A stretch of 64,000 nt of DNA from IMG/VR virus record IMGVR_UViG_3300032038_000042; one strand, given 5' to 3'. The stretch is from a virus. Taxonomy: Duplodnaviria > Heunggongvirae > Uroviricota > Caudoviricetes. Positions within the stretch are counted from its first letter, which is position 1. Every line of letters starts with the position of its first letter. Positions 29,137 to 38,039 of the stretch are shown here, piece after piece. The notes under the pieces were generated by a model, which had not been told where the DNA came from, did no database searches, and saw nothing but the letters and a program-made list of their open reading frames with translations. The translations under genes and the position numbers were made by a program.

Positions 29137-29712
29137 ATGAAAAATAAATTTTTAGTTGTAATTGATATGCAGAATGATTTCTGTACAGGTGCTTTGAAAA
29201 ACGATGATGCAGTAGCTGTAATTCCTTTTATTAAAAAGCAGATTGAGGAAGCTCGTAAGAATGGTACTCGAATTGTTTATACTCGCGATACTCACGGAAG
29301 CGATTATATGGAAACACTCGAAGGAAAGCATCTTCCATTTCCTCACTGCTTGAATGAATCCTTTGGTTGGGAAATCGTAGATGAACTTAAACCAGTTAAT
29401 CCGATAGTATTTGCTCCCTTTGGAGTTATTTGTAAGATGATTGAGAATGATCCAAAAGCCGATATTGTTGTAAACAAAAATCATTTCGGTTTTGATGGAT
29501 GGAAACATCTCATTCCAGAAGATTCAGAAGTAACAATGGTTGGAACTTGTACAGATATCTGCGTGGTTTCAAACGCATTAGCTATTAAGACTATTGAAGG
29601 TGTTGAAGTAACAATTCTTGCAAATGGTTGCGCTGGTTTGACAAAAGAAAAGCACGAACATGCTCTTGATGTAATGGAAAGTTGTCAGTGTAAAGTTGTT
29701 AGAGGAGAGTAA
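29137..29712 (+). CDS. pncA: Nicotinamidase (isochorismatase-family cysteine hydrolase)
   Basis: FLVVIDMQNDFCTGAL aligns with E. coli PncA LLLVDLQNDFCAGGAL. Catalytic Cys context ...VGTCTDICVVSNA. Confidence 0.75.
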   Translation: MKNKFLVVIDMQNDFCTGALKNDDAVAVIPFIKKQIEEARKNGTRIVYTRDTHGSDYMETLEGKHLPFPHCLNESFGWEIVDELKPVNPIVFAPFGVICKMIENDPKADIVVNKNHFGFDGWKHLIPEDSEVTMVGTCTDICVVSNALAIKTIEGVEVTILANGCAGLTKEKHEHALDVMESCQCKVVRGE

Positions 29713-29714
29713 AA

Positions 29715-30524
29715 ATGGGTCCAAAAAAGTTCGATGTAAAAGAAGTTCACGACGAGATTATTGAGTTTATTAAAGACTTCTTTAAGGATAAAAATGGTCC
29801 TGCTACATTAGGAATTTCCGGGGGAAAGGACAGTACCATTTGTGCAGCTTTGTTAGCAGAAGCTTTAGGTCCAAAAAGAGTTGTTGGCGTAATGATGCCA
29901 AACGGTGTCCAGATGGACCTTAACGACTCTGTCAAAGTTTGTGAACTTTTGGGAATTCAGGCAATGAAAGTAAACATTGGTCCAGTTTACGATGCTTTGA
30001 GAGATCAGATTGATACATCTGATATTAAAGAGTCTCCTGATCAGTGGACACCTCTTTTCACAACAAATACTCCTGCACGACTTCGAATGGTAACACTTTA
30101 CGGTATTGCTGCTCAACTTGGCGGCTTTGTTTGCAACACTTGCAACTATTCAGAAGACTTTGTCGGTTACTCTACAAAGTATGGAGATTGTTGCGGAGAC
30201 TTTTCTTTATTGAATCAGCTTACAAAAACTGAAGTTGTTGCTTTAGGTGACTATATGAAACTTCCAAAAGAGTTAGTTCATAAAACACCTTCGGATGGAA
30301 TGTGCGGAAAGAGTGATGAAGATAATATGGGCTTTACATATGACTCTTTGGATACTTTTATCAGAACTGGATTAGCTCCAAAATCATTTGAAGTTTATAA
30401 CAAAATCAAAAAGATGCATCTCAATCCAAATACAAAACTAAAGTTGCTGCCAATGTCTTATCCGGAATTGCATTTGGAAGAAAATTGGAAGTTTGAAGAC
30501 CCAATTGGAGAAGTTTTAGCTTAA
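29715..30524 (+). CDS. nadE: NH3-dependent NAD+ synthetase
   Basis: PP-loop GISGGKDSTICAALL (SGGxDS). The 269-aa length matches NadE. Confidence 0.75.
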   Translation: MGPKKFDVKEVHDEIIEFIKDFFKDKNGPATLGISGGKDSTICAALLAEALGPKRVVGVMMPNGVQMDLNDSVKVCELLGIQAMKVNIGPVYDALRDQIDTSDIKESPDQWTPLFTTNTPARLRMVTLYGIAAQLGGFVCNTCNYSEDFVGYSTKYGDCCGDFSLLNQLTKTEVVALGDYMKLPKELVHKTPSDGMCGKSDEDNMGFTYDSLDTFIRTGLAPKSFEVYNKIKKMHLNPNTKLKLLPMSYPELHLEENWKFEDPIGEVLA

Positions 30525-30554
30525 AATTAAAGTACGTAAAATTTTAAACAGTAA

Positions 30555-30590
30555 AAAAGCCTAGGAACGAATCCTAGGCTTTGCTTTTTT
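30555..30590. terminator. Bidirectional intrinsic terminator (AAAGCCTAGGA / TCCTAGGCTTT + TTTTTT)
   Basis: Perfect 11-bp stem with a 5-nt loop and a T-run, between convergent genes. Confidence 0.65.
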
Positions 30591-30903
30591 AATCTTTCAA
30601 GATTTCAATTCCGTATCTTTCACAGACTTCGTGTTCAATAAAACAACCATTAAAGTTTTGCCAATTGTCACCGAAAATTACAGCATCTGCTTCTGAAAGC
30701 TTCATAAGTGATTTACCCAACCACCAAACAGGTTCTGTAACAATGTTGTCTTTGTTTTTTGGTGCATCTGTGAAGAAAGAATCGATAACTTCTAGATCCT
30801 CTCCTGCGATCTTTTCTGCTGCAGCAATCAAAGCATTTCTTTCTTTTAGAATTTCTTCATCTGTCTTACCTCTCATAGGTTGGCTAATAAATAATTTCTT
30901 CAT
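30589..30903 (-). CDS. DUF4406 / nucleoside 2-deoxyribosyltransferase-like small protein
   Basis: MKKLFISQPMRGKT... resembles the second copy at 43231 (MKKKVYLSGPITAD...), the M-K-K-h-Y/F-h-S-G/Q-P-M pattern of this fold. Confidence 0.4.
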   Translation of the reverse strand: MKKLFISQPMRGKTDEEILKERNALIAAAEKIAGEDLEVIDSFFTDAPKNKDNIVTEPVWWLGKSLMKLSEADAVIFGDNWQNFNGCFIEHEVCERYGIEILKD

Positions 30904-30957
30904 TAATTACTCCTTATAGAAGAAGTATAGTAAACTAACTGTAGATTTTAGTCTTTT

Positions 30958-31272
30958 TTAACTCGCATTAAGCTGCCAATCTAAAACACTTAACTTTTTA
31001 ACTTCATCTTCTAATTTCTCAATACGAATTCTATTTTCGGCTATTTGCTTATCGTACTGATAAATGACAATTGAGCAAATATCTTCGACAGTTCTTTTTA
31101 ATTTTTCGTCTAAAGTAGCTTGTGCATACGATAAAATTGCAGCAATTAGTTCTTTATTTACATCTGGAAATTGCTTAAAAAGTTCTTTTTCAAAAGTCTC
31201 TTTTTTGATCATCAGAATTGTCCTTTTAACGTGCTTATTAGAAAGTTCCGACATTTCTTGCTGTATATACAC
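30958..31272 (-). CDS. Hypothetical protein (104 aa)
   Basis: ORF only. Confidence 0.35.
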   Translation of the reverse strand: MYIQQEMSELSNKHVKRTILMIKKETFEKELFKQFPDVNKELIAAILSYAQATLDEKLKRTVEDICSIVIYQYDKQIAENRIRIEKLEDEVKKLSVLDWQLNAS

Positions 31273-31344
31273 TATATTAGTTGAAAAATTGAAATGTTTT
31301 TAGTCTGACTTACTATATTATATAAGGCCTACAGGAGGGAGCTT

Positions 31345-31716
31345 ATGAATCAACTAAAAAAATTAAATGCAATACACAAAGGAATAATGGTCTTTGTTGC
31401 AAGTGAGGTTGTTGAAAAAGCAAGAGAACTTTCTGAAGGTTGGAACAAAGGAGAACATATTCAACACAATTCGGACTCTTTACAGGGGCAAATAAACATT
31501 TTTCAAAGACAATTACCTAATACATTAAATGCTATCGAAAATGAAGATAAAGATTTGATCAAAAAATCTTTAGATATGTACAAGAAAGATAGAGAAAAGC
31601 TAAAATTCGATATTCAAAAAGATAAAATCAAGAGAGAGCTTTTTGACTCTTTAAACGATTATGTTGAATCATTGAATGATTGGATTACTGTTTTAGAGGA
31701 TGCTCTTGAAAGTTAA
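31345..31716 (+). CDS. Hypothetical protein (123 aa)
   Basis: GGAGGGAG SD 6 nt upstream. A promoter-like TTGAAA ... TATATTAT lies upstream. Confidence 0.45.
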   Translation: MNQLKKLNAIHKGIMVFVASEVVEKARELSEGWNKGEHIQHNSDSLQGQINIFQRQLPNTLNAIENEDKDLIKKSLDMYKKDREKLKFDIQKDKIKRELFDSLNDYVESLNDWITVLEDALES

Positions 31717-31776
31717 CATAGCTAGAAAAACTTTTTATTTAAAAAAAGCATTCTAGAGAATAATTCTGATTAGTTT

Positions 31777-32427
31777 TCAGTAAAAGGTAAAAAACAAACC
31801 TGTTAACTTTTCTATTTCAGTAACAGTAGTTTCTCTGCATTCGTTTTCCTGAGTAAAAATAAAGCATTGAAGCACTTTATACTTTTTGTTATAAAAGATT
31901 TTAAAGAACATTTCAGGTACAACTATATAACCATTTTTGCTTGGAATCTTTTTAGTATTTTTACCAAAAATTGGTCCACAACAAACATCTATCCAACCTA
32001 AATCCTGGGCATAAGCGTGAGCAGCTTCCTCGTAATCTTTCCAAACTCCTGCGTTTAGTTTATGAGTTTGAGGACAGATATTACACATCCTAAAAGTATC
32101 CTTTGAATGTTCTAAATCCCAGTCTCTATCATTGCATGGACACATGTGACCCCTATCGTACTTTGTATTTGTATAAGAATTGTGCTTTTGAGTATTTTTA
32201 CATTCTACAAAATTACTTGGTCTTTTTATTTTCGAAGCTTCCGATGCTGCAGCTTCTTTGTCTGTAAGTCTCCAAATAACAAAATCGGGGTTTTGTTTTT
32301 GTACATTATAACTTACGATATATGTTTTATGCTCATGTACAGGGTATTTACCTTTTACAGAAATATCTTGAGCGTTTAAGTATAAAACTGAAAAAAGAAG
32401 AGTTGTAAATAAAATAAATCGTTTCAT
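31777..32427 (-). CDS. Secreted DNA/RNA non-specific endonuclease (Serratia NucA family)
   Basis: DRGHMCPCNDRD... (the DRGH active-site motif) and a classic signal peptide MKRFILFTTLLFSVLYLNAQ. Start trimmed to the internal ATG at 32427. The upstream part of the 286-aa ORF is unlikely to be coding. Confidence 0.65.
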   Translation of the reverse strand: MKRFILFTTLLFSVLYLNAQDISVKGKYPVHEHKTYIVSYNVQKQNPDFVIWRLTDKEAAASEASKIKRPSNFVECKNTQKHNSYTNTKYDRGHMCPCNDRDWDLEHSKDTFRMCNICPQTHKLNAGVWKDYEEAAHAYAQDLGWIDVCCGPIFGKNTKKIPSKNGYIVVPEMFFKIFYNKKYKVLQCFIFTQENECRETTVTEIEKLTGLFFTFY

Positions 32428-32512
32428 ATTTAAAATTAGTTTGAAAACTGCGTACCGGAAAAGCCTATATTGTATATGTATTGTATTTTTGGGAATCCAA
32501 AGGAGATAAAAA

Positions 32513-33169
32513 ATGAAAAGTATTAGACAAGGAACATTTGAAACAAACAGTTCAAGTGCACACTCAATGGTAGTACCAAATATTAAAAAAATTGAAATTG
32601 ATAATTTCAATGCAGGTAAAACTTGGTATTGCTGCATTGATCACAATCGTAATAAACCTTTCTGGACGACAGCTGAACTTGTAGAAGAGTTGAAAAAATC
32701 GACTAAAACAGAAGAATTCGAGCGTTTGTCTGTAGGTTATGTTGACTTGAAATTCTCTCCTGTATATAATCCTTTTGAAGGTATTTGGAATACTTGGAAC
32801 TTGACTAAAGATGAAGAGCAAAATGTAATTGAGGATTTTGAAAACTTCAAAAGTTATTTTGCAGAAAACATTTCAGAGGATATGTTTGAATGGGCATTCA
32901 GCGATTCAAAAGAGAAAAAGTATTTTTCAAAGTATTTGATTAGAGCTTTCATTAGATTTTGGATTGAGGAAGTTTGGTATTCTCCTTTGTTGAAGATTGA
33001 CGATTTAAGTAAAGAAAACTGGGGAAACGATATTTCAATTCAGTTAAACGGTGGAGATTACGATTACGATAGAGGAAGTTTCAAATTAAAAGATGGTAAA
33101 TTGGTTCCATTTAATGAGAAGTGGGAAGATGGTTGTGATTACGAGTTTGCAATTAATTTGAGGAATTAA
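32513..33169 (+). CDS. Member 2 of the MKSIR-xx-TFETNSSS-xHS family (218 aa)
   Basis: N-terminus MKSIRQGTFETNSSSAHSMVV. GGAG SD upstream. Confidence 0.55.
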   Translation: MKSIRQGTFETNSSSAHSMVVPNIKKIEIDNFNAGKTWYCCIDHNRNKPFWTTAELVEELKKSTKTEEFERLSVGYVDLKFSPVYNPFEGIWNTWNLTKDEEQNVIEDFENFKSYFAENISEDMFEWAFSDSKEKKYFSKYLIRAFIRFWIEEVWYSPLLKIDDLSKENWGNDISIQLNGGDYDYDRGSFKLKDGKLVPFNEKWEDGCDYEFAINLRN

Positions 33170-33173
33170 AAAA

Positions 33174-33407
33174 ATGGCAAATAAAAAACCTTTGGAACTT
33201 GGAATTGGAATTACAAACAACGTTTACGCAGGTCATACCCGTGAACTTAAAAACGGTGAAAAAGTCTGGACGTCTAAAGAAGATGTAACTTCCGAGTTCT
33301 ATAAAGCAATGTTAGATTTGCTTATTGAAAACGGTAATACGTTGCAAGTCTCCGGAAAGAATGATCCGAACTTGTATACAATAAAGTTGGAGATAACTAA
33401 AAAGTGA
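33174..33407 (+). CDS. Hypothetical small protein (77 aa)
   Basis: ORF only. ATGA overlap with the next gene. Confidence 0.4.
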   Translation: MANKKPLELGIGITNNVYAGHTRELKNGEKVWTSKEDVTSEFYKAMLDLLIENGNTLQVSGKNDPNLYTIKLEITKK

Positions 33408-33913
33408 AAGATTGGGATAAAACCTTTATCGAAATAGCTGAAAAGTTTGCTGAACATTCTACCTGCGTAAAAAGACAGGTAGGAGCCGTACTTGTAAAAG
33501 ATTTAAGAATTCTTTCTACTGGCTACAACGGTACTCCATCCGGTTTTTGCAATTGTAAAGATGTTTTTGAAAACGGTCCAAAAGAGATAGCTACTAAAGC
33601 GATTTTTTACAAAAACGATTTTCCAACCTCATTAAACAGTAAGAAATCTTCTAAGGGTTATTACTTTACTCATCACGAATTTGCAGAGAGGTTTGAAATT
33701 CATGCTGAACAGAACTGTATAGCTTTTGCTGCTAAAAACGGAGTAAGTACAGAAGGTTGTACAATTTATGTAACTACTGCTCCTTGCGTACACTGCGCAA
33801 AAATAATTATTGCAAGCGGAATAAAAAAAGTTGTATACAAAGAGATCTATAAAGATGACTTCGGTATACAACTTTTGGAAGAAGCTAATGTTGAAGTATT
33901 AGCTATAACTTAA
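33404..33913 (+). CDS. dCMP / cytidine deaminase-family zinc enzyme (dCMP deaminase-like)
   Basis: ...HAEQNCIAF... and ...TTAPCVHCAKIIIASGIKKVVY... form the H(A)E ... PCxxC zinc-binding signature. Confidence 0.7.
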   Translation: MKDWDKTFIEIAEKFAEHSTCVKRQVGAVLVKDLRILSTGYNGTPSGFCNCKDVFENGPKEIATKAIFYKNDFPTSLNSKKSSKGYYFTHHEFAERFEIHAEQNCIAFAAKNGVSTEGCTIYVTTAPCVHCAKIIIASGIKKVVYKEIYKDDFGIQLLEEANVEVLAIT

Positions 33914-34605
33914 AAATTAATTGTAAATGCAAATGTAAAACCACCTGCAGCAGTAGCAGCCCCACCAATACCTAATAAAAGGTTTTTAATATTTTGTTGC
34001 TCATCGGTCCAAATTGGTAAGCATCCTATAACAAGACAGGGTACACCAACAGCGAGTTCCACATATGCGGTTGTACGAAGTCTTTTTTTCATTTTTTCAT
34101 AAGAAACAACAAGCTCATTTAACTTTTTTATTTTTTCATAAAGCTCTCCAAGTTCCGCAACTACGACTGAAGTGTCTTCCTTATTGCTCAGAAGAGCTTG
34201 TTTTAACTCTTTTAAGGTTTTCTTCGAGTTCTCCAATTCTATTTTCGTATTGAGTAAACCTTCTTCGAAGCTCAATGATGATTTGGCTGCTTCCTCGTAA
34301 TTCTTCTGTGCCTTGTCTAATTTCATCTCTAATAGATCTAGCAGTTCGAATGGATTCATCGATTCCAATTCCGACTGAGTCAAGTTGTCCTTCGAGCTGT
34401 TCACACTGCTCAATTCTGGCTTGTAGCTCTGATTCAAGTTCTCCGACTTTTTCTGTGAGTTGTTCGACTTGTTGCTCAGTTCTAATGCTGTCCTCTGAAA
34501 CTCTTCCAAATCTGATGAATCTTCCTGCGCAAAAGCAGGCGATACCAAACACAATAATACACCCAAGCTTAATAAAAAACTTTTTATCGATCTTAATCTC
34601 CACAT
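33910..34605 (-). CDS. Secreted/membrane coiled-coil protein (231 aa)
   Basis: ATG at 34605 with AAAGGAG 6 nt upstream. Signal peptide MWRLRSIKSFLLSLGVLLCLVSPAFAQ. Hydrophobic Gly/Ala-rich C-terminus ending in F. A second coiled-coil ORF in another frame (34181-34603, GTG start) overlaps. Confidence 0.45.
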   Translation of the reverse strand: MWRLRSIKSFLLSLGVLLCLVSPAFAQEDSSDLEEFQRTALELSNKSNNSQKKSENLNQSYKPELSSVNSSKDNLTQSELESMNPFELLDLLEMKLDKAQKNYEEAAKSSLSFEEGLLNTKIELENSKKTLKELKQALLSNKEDTSVVVAELGELYEKIKKLNELVVSYEKMKKRLRTTAYVELAVGVPCLVIGCLPIWTDEQQNIKNLLLGIGGAATAAGGFTFAFTINF

Positions 34606-34728
34606 TGCTACTCCTTTTTCTTACTTAAATTTAGTTTGCTGGAAAAATGAAGTCTTTTTAGACTATAATTACTGTTAATTACTACTATTACTGCAACCGG
34701 TTTTTCGTAGTTGCAAAAGGAGTAAAGA

Positions 34729-35445
34729 ATGTCTAAATTCACAGGAAAATGCGATCTATACGATTCAGCTTTTATGCTTCAAGATGATCCTGAGGACTTT
34801 GTAAAAAACTCAGTTTTTTATCTTGAAGGAGGTAAGTTAGATGTTAAGACTGCAAAGGATCTAATTCCTTATTGTACACATTTAACAGCAGTTGCAGCTT
34901 ACTCAAAAGACTCAGGTAATACAATTCATCTTTCAAGAGATTCTTTTATCGATTCAGAAGAAAGAAATTTTTTAAGCTGGAAAATAATTGATGCAATTAA
35001 AGCTGCTCGTAAAGCAAAAAAAGAAAAGAAAACTTTTGATTTTGAGTATCTAAAAAATTTTTGTAAAGAGGTTAATTCGTTTTACCCTTGGATACCAATT
35101 ATTGAGACTATCAACAAAAACCCAGATTTATTGAAGACTCATATTCCAGCAGATTACAGAAGAGCTTATCACTTTTTTGAGAGTTGGATAATTCCAGAAT
35201 ACTTTAGCACTTTGCACGATGCAATGCACAATCGATTTAGAGAAGATTTTTTGAAGTTTGCAAAAGAAAACGGGTATGCTGTTGCAGATTGGAAAGGTAA
35301 TTACGAGTACAATAAGTTTACAGACGGAATTTACCATCCAATAATTTCTCATATGTGCTTGAGTGTTGCAGAATATTATAAAACAATTGATAAAATTAAA
35401 AAAGATTATAAAGCTTCGGAAGAGGCTTATAACATCGGAGGATGA
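34729..35445 (+). CDS. Hypothetical protein (238 aa)
   Basis: AAAGGAG SD. Confidence 0.5.
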   Translation: MSKFTGKCDLYDSAFMLQDDPEDFVKNSVFYLEGGKLDVKTAKDLIPYCTHLTAVAAYSKDSGNTIHLSRDSFIDSEERNFLSWKIIDAIKAARKAKKEKKTFDFEYLKNFCKEVNSFYPWIPIIETINKNPDLLKTHIPADYRRAYHFFESWIIPEYFSTLHDAMHNRFREDFLKFAKENGYAVADWKGNYEYNKFTDGIYHPIISHMCLSVAEYYKTIDKIKKDYKASEEAYNIGG

Positions 35446-35449
35446 AAAA

Positions 35450-35668
35450 ATGCCAAAAGTTCAAGAATGGGAGTTGAATGGGCTATATAAGAGAGTATCA
35501 ATTGCAATGAGCAGATTTCCAAACTTAAGATACGGACAAGCAATTTTTAACGAAGCATATTCCTTATGGCCTGACTTCGTAAACACTATTAGAGGTACGG
35601 ATGATGATTGTTTTTACGACGATGAAAAGGTTAAGGATTTTCTGAAACACTTTGAGGTTGAAGGATGA
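35450..35668 (+). CDS. Hypothetical small protein
   Basis: Trimmed to the ATG preceded by GGAGGA. The longer ORF would overlap the previous gene. Confidence 0.4.
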   Translation: MPKVQEWELNGLYKRVSIAMSRFPNLRYGQAIFNEAYSLWPDFVNTIRGTDDDCFYDDEKVKDFLKHFEVEG

Positions 35669-35853
35669 TAAAGAGTTTGCACAGTGCACTGTTTAATGAA
35701 ACAGAATTGAAAGATATTGAAGATTGTATCACAGCTTACTTGCTCTGCGACTTTGGGCCCCAAGATATGGAATTAATGACTCAAGCAGCTGCTCAAAGAG
35801 AAAGAGTACTTGAGTTGCAAAAAGGTATTAAAGAGATATTAAAGGAGGAGTAA
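35665..35853 (+). CDS. Hypothetical small protein (62 aa)
   Basis: ATGA overlap. Confidence 0.35.
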   Translation: MIKSLHSALFNETELKDIEDCITAYLLCDFGPQDMELMTQAAAQRERVLELQKGIKEILKEE

Positions 35854-35854
35854 C

Positions 35855-36448
35855 ATGTATTATCCAAACGGTAATTATAGACTTACACAATTAATTAAGG
35901 ATTTCGAAAGTGGCGATTTCGACATTTATCTTGAAAAAAATGAAGATCCTCCAAAGGATTGGGATTGGAAAAAGCAAGGTTTTTACAGAGGTCCTTCTAA
36001 GCTTATAGAATCAATTGAAGAACTAAAAGATGCAGTTGTAAAAGATATGGGTACAGAATACACAATTTGCATTGAAGCTCGTCCATCTTATTACGCTAAG
36101 CATCCATACGAAGGAGAGAGCAAATCCTATACAAAAGAAGTTTTTTATTGGGAATACGCATCACATTACGGAAGAAAACTATATTATGCAATAAGAGACT
36201 GTACATACCTTAAAGGTTACGAACCAAAGTATAAATCTCTTGGACTTGATTGCTACGAAAATGGTTTTAACGGAACATGTTTTCAAATTGGTTCGTGGGA
36301 AAGAGGTAAAGAAGGTTACGAGTTTAAGTCTTGCGGTAGCAGACTTTTTGAGTATATCGAACCTGAGGATTTGGAAGTAATTTTTAATGCAGTAAAAGCT
36401 GCAGATAAATACTTAAATGAAAGGTTTCATAATGAGGAGGAAAATTAG
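35855..36448 (+). CDS. Hypothetical protein (197 aa)
   Basis: GGAGGAG SD. Confidence 0.5.
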   Translation: MYYPNGNYRLTQLIKDFESGDFDIYLEKNEDPPKDWDWKKQGFYRGPSKLIESIEELKDAVVKDMGTEYTICIEARPSYYAKHPYEGESKSYTKEVFYWEYASHYGRKLYYAIRDCTYLKGYEPKYKSLGLDCYENGFNGTCFQIGSWERGKEGYEFKSCGSRLFEYIEPEDLEVIFNAVKAADKYLNERFHNEEEN

Positions 36449-36450
36449 TA

Positions 36451-37359
36451 ATGAATCCAAAAACACTTAAAAAGCTGATCGTTTCAGCTGTAATTCTACT
36501 TATCGTATTGCTTATTGGTATCAATTCATGCTCGGTTATTGATCCTACAGAAAGAGGAGTTGTAGTAACTCTTGGACAGGTAAAAGATGTACTTGAACCA
36601 GGTATTCATTTTAAGACCCCGTTTGTGTCAAAGGTTAAGAAATATGACATAACGCCAATTCCTTATAAGAAGTCACTTGGTATAAATACTGATGCTGCAG
36701 TTACAGCTGATAAGCAGTCTATTGGTATTGATTACGAATTGTATTGGAAGTATAAAGAGGATTCTGTGAAGGAGATTGCACAGAGATATTCTAATAAAGA
36801 TGCAATTTATGATCCAATTTCTACAGCACTTAAAGAAATTATCAAGGACGAAGCAGGTCGTATTTCAATCGCACAGTTCATTAACGATCAGTCAGCAGTA
36901 TCTGCAAGAGTATCGCAAAGACTTAAAGAACGCATTTCATACATTCCTGTAGAAATTACTCAGTTTAGTATTACTAACCTTGATTGGTCTGATGATTATG
37001 ACAAGGCTATTAAGGAGACTGCTCGTATTGCACAGGAAATTGAACGCGCAAAGAATGAAGCAGAAGTTGCTGCACAGCAAGCTCAGAAGAAAGTAAAAGA
37101 AGCAGAAGCTGAAGCTCAAGCAGCAGAGTTTAATAAGAAAGCTGCTATTGCAAAAGCAGAAGGTGAAGCTGAGTCAGCAAAGATCGAGGCTGATGCAACA
37201 GCATATAAGAATCTTAAAGTTGCACAGAATCTTTCTGTAATGCAAGCTCAGTGGAAACACGAAGAGGAAATGGCTCGTCTTCAGAGATGGGATGGTGTTC
37301 AAGTTTCTTCACAGAGTGTTTATGTACCAAATACATACGATTTGAAGTCAGGTAAGTAG
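36451..37359 (+). CDS. SPFH / band-7 (prohibitin/stomatin-like) membrane protein
   Basis: N-terminal TM segment, then ...DPTERGVVVTLGQV...GIHFKTPF..., a typical band-7 core, followed by an Ala/Glu-rich coiled coil. Confidence 0.7.
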   Translation: MNPKTLKKLIVSAVILLIVLLIGINSCSVIDPTERGVVVTLGQVKDVLEPGIHFKTPFVSKVKKYDITPIPYKKSLGINTDAAVTADKQSIGIDYELYWKYKEDSVKEIAQRYSNKDAIYDPISTALKEIIKDEAGRISIAQFINDQSAVSARVSQRLKERISYIPVEITQFSITNLDWSDDYDKAIKETARIAQEIERAKNEAEVAAQQAQKKVKEAEAEAQAAEFNKKAAIAKAEGEAESAKIEADATAYKNLKVAQNLSVMQAQWKHEEEMARLQRWDGVQVSSQSVYVPNTYDLKSGK

Positions 37360-37383
37360 TTTTTTAAGCGTTTAAGCTTTACA

Positions 37384-37415
37384 ATCCTCTGGAAATTTCC
37401 AGAGGATTTTTTTTG
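37384..37415 (+). terminator. Intrinsic terminator (ATCCTCTGGAAA / TTTCCAGAGGAT + TTTTTTTT)
   Basis: Perfect 12-bp palindrome immediately followed by a T-run. Confidence 0.7.
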
Positions 37416-37479
37416 AAAATTGCTAATGGTGTTTTACCTATATTATATAGAACTTATTGGTTGTAGGAGATTAAAAAAA

Positions 37480-38013
37480 ATGGAATTTTACATCTTAAAT
37501 AAGAAAGGAAAATCGTACTTTCAAATAGATGAGATAAACTCTACTGTAGATGTTTTAGATATCGATTACTCTAATCCTGCAAAAGCAATTGAAAAGTTAA
37601 TGCAAATTCACTCGGTATGGAAAGCTGCTCCCGATTCTGAAGATTTTAAGAAATTTATAACAACAGATACTTTCGTTGACTACAATGACTTAATGAATCT
37701 ATCAAAATTCTTTAAAAGGATTGGAAGCGTACTCGAAGCTAGAAGAGCTTTAGAAGAAGCAATTGAAAGTGCAATAGAGAATGAGAATATTGAATGCTGT
37801 AATCCATCTGTCAACTTGGGAGATTTAATACTTTTAGATGCACAAGGAAATACAGTAAAAGTGAACGAACGTCACTTTTCAAGCTTCGAAGCTTATTTAG
37901 CTTTTATTTACGATCATACTTGGTATTTTGATAAATTCTGCGAAAAGCTTGGTGACATGTACGAAGAAATGGCTTACAAGTATGACGAATATTTGGATAA
38001 CCAAGAAAACTAA
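37480..38013 (+). CDS. Hypothetical protein
   Basis: Trimmed to the ATG (MEFYILNK) preceded by AGGAGA. Confidence 0.45.
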   Translation: MEFYILNKKGKSYFQIDEINSTVDVLDIDYSNPAKAIEKLMQIHSVWKAAPDSEDFKKFITTDTFVDYNDLMNLSKFFKRIGSVLEARRALEEAIESAIENENIECCNPSVNLGDLILLDAQGNTVKVNERHFSSFEAYLAFIYDHTWYFDKFCEKLGDMYEEMAYKYDEYLDNQEN

Positions 38014-38039
38014 ATAAATATAAAGGAGAAACTTTTAAT

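Noticed and set aside
34181-34603. 140-aa alternative-frame coiled-coil ORF called as the primary gene
   Set aside because: The overlapping 231-aa frame has an ATG, closer SD spacing and a canonical signal peptide. The alternative is kept only as a finding.
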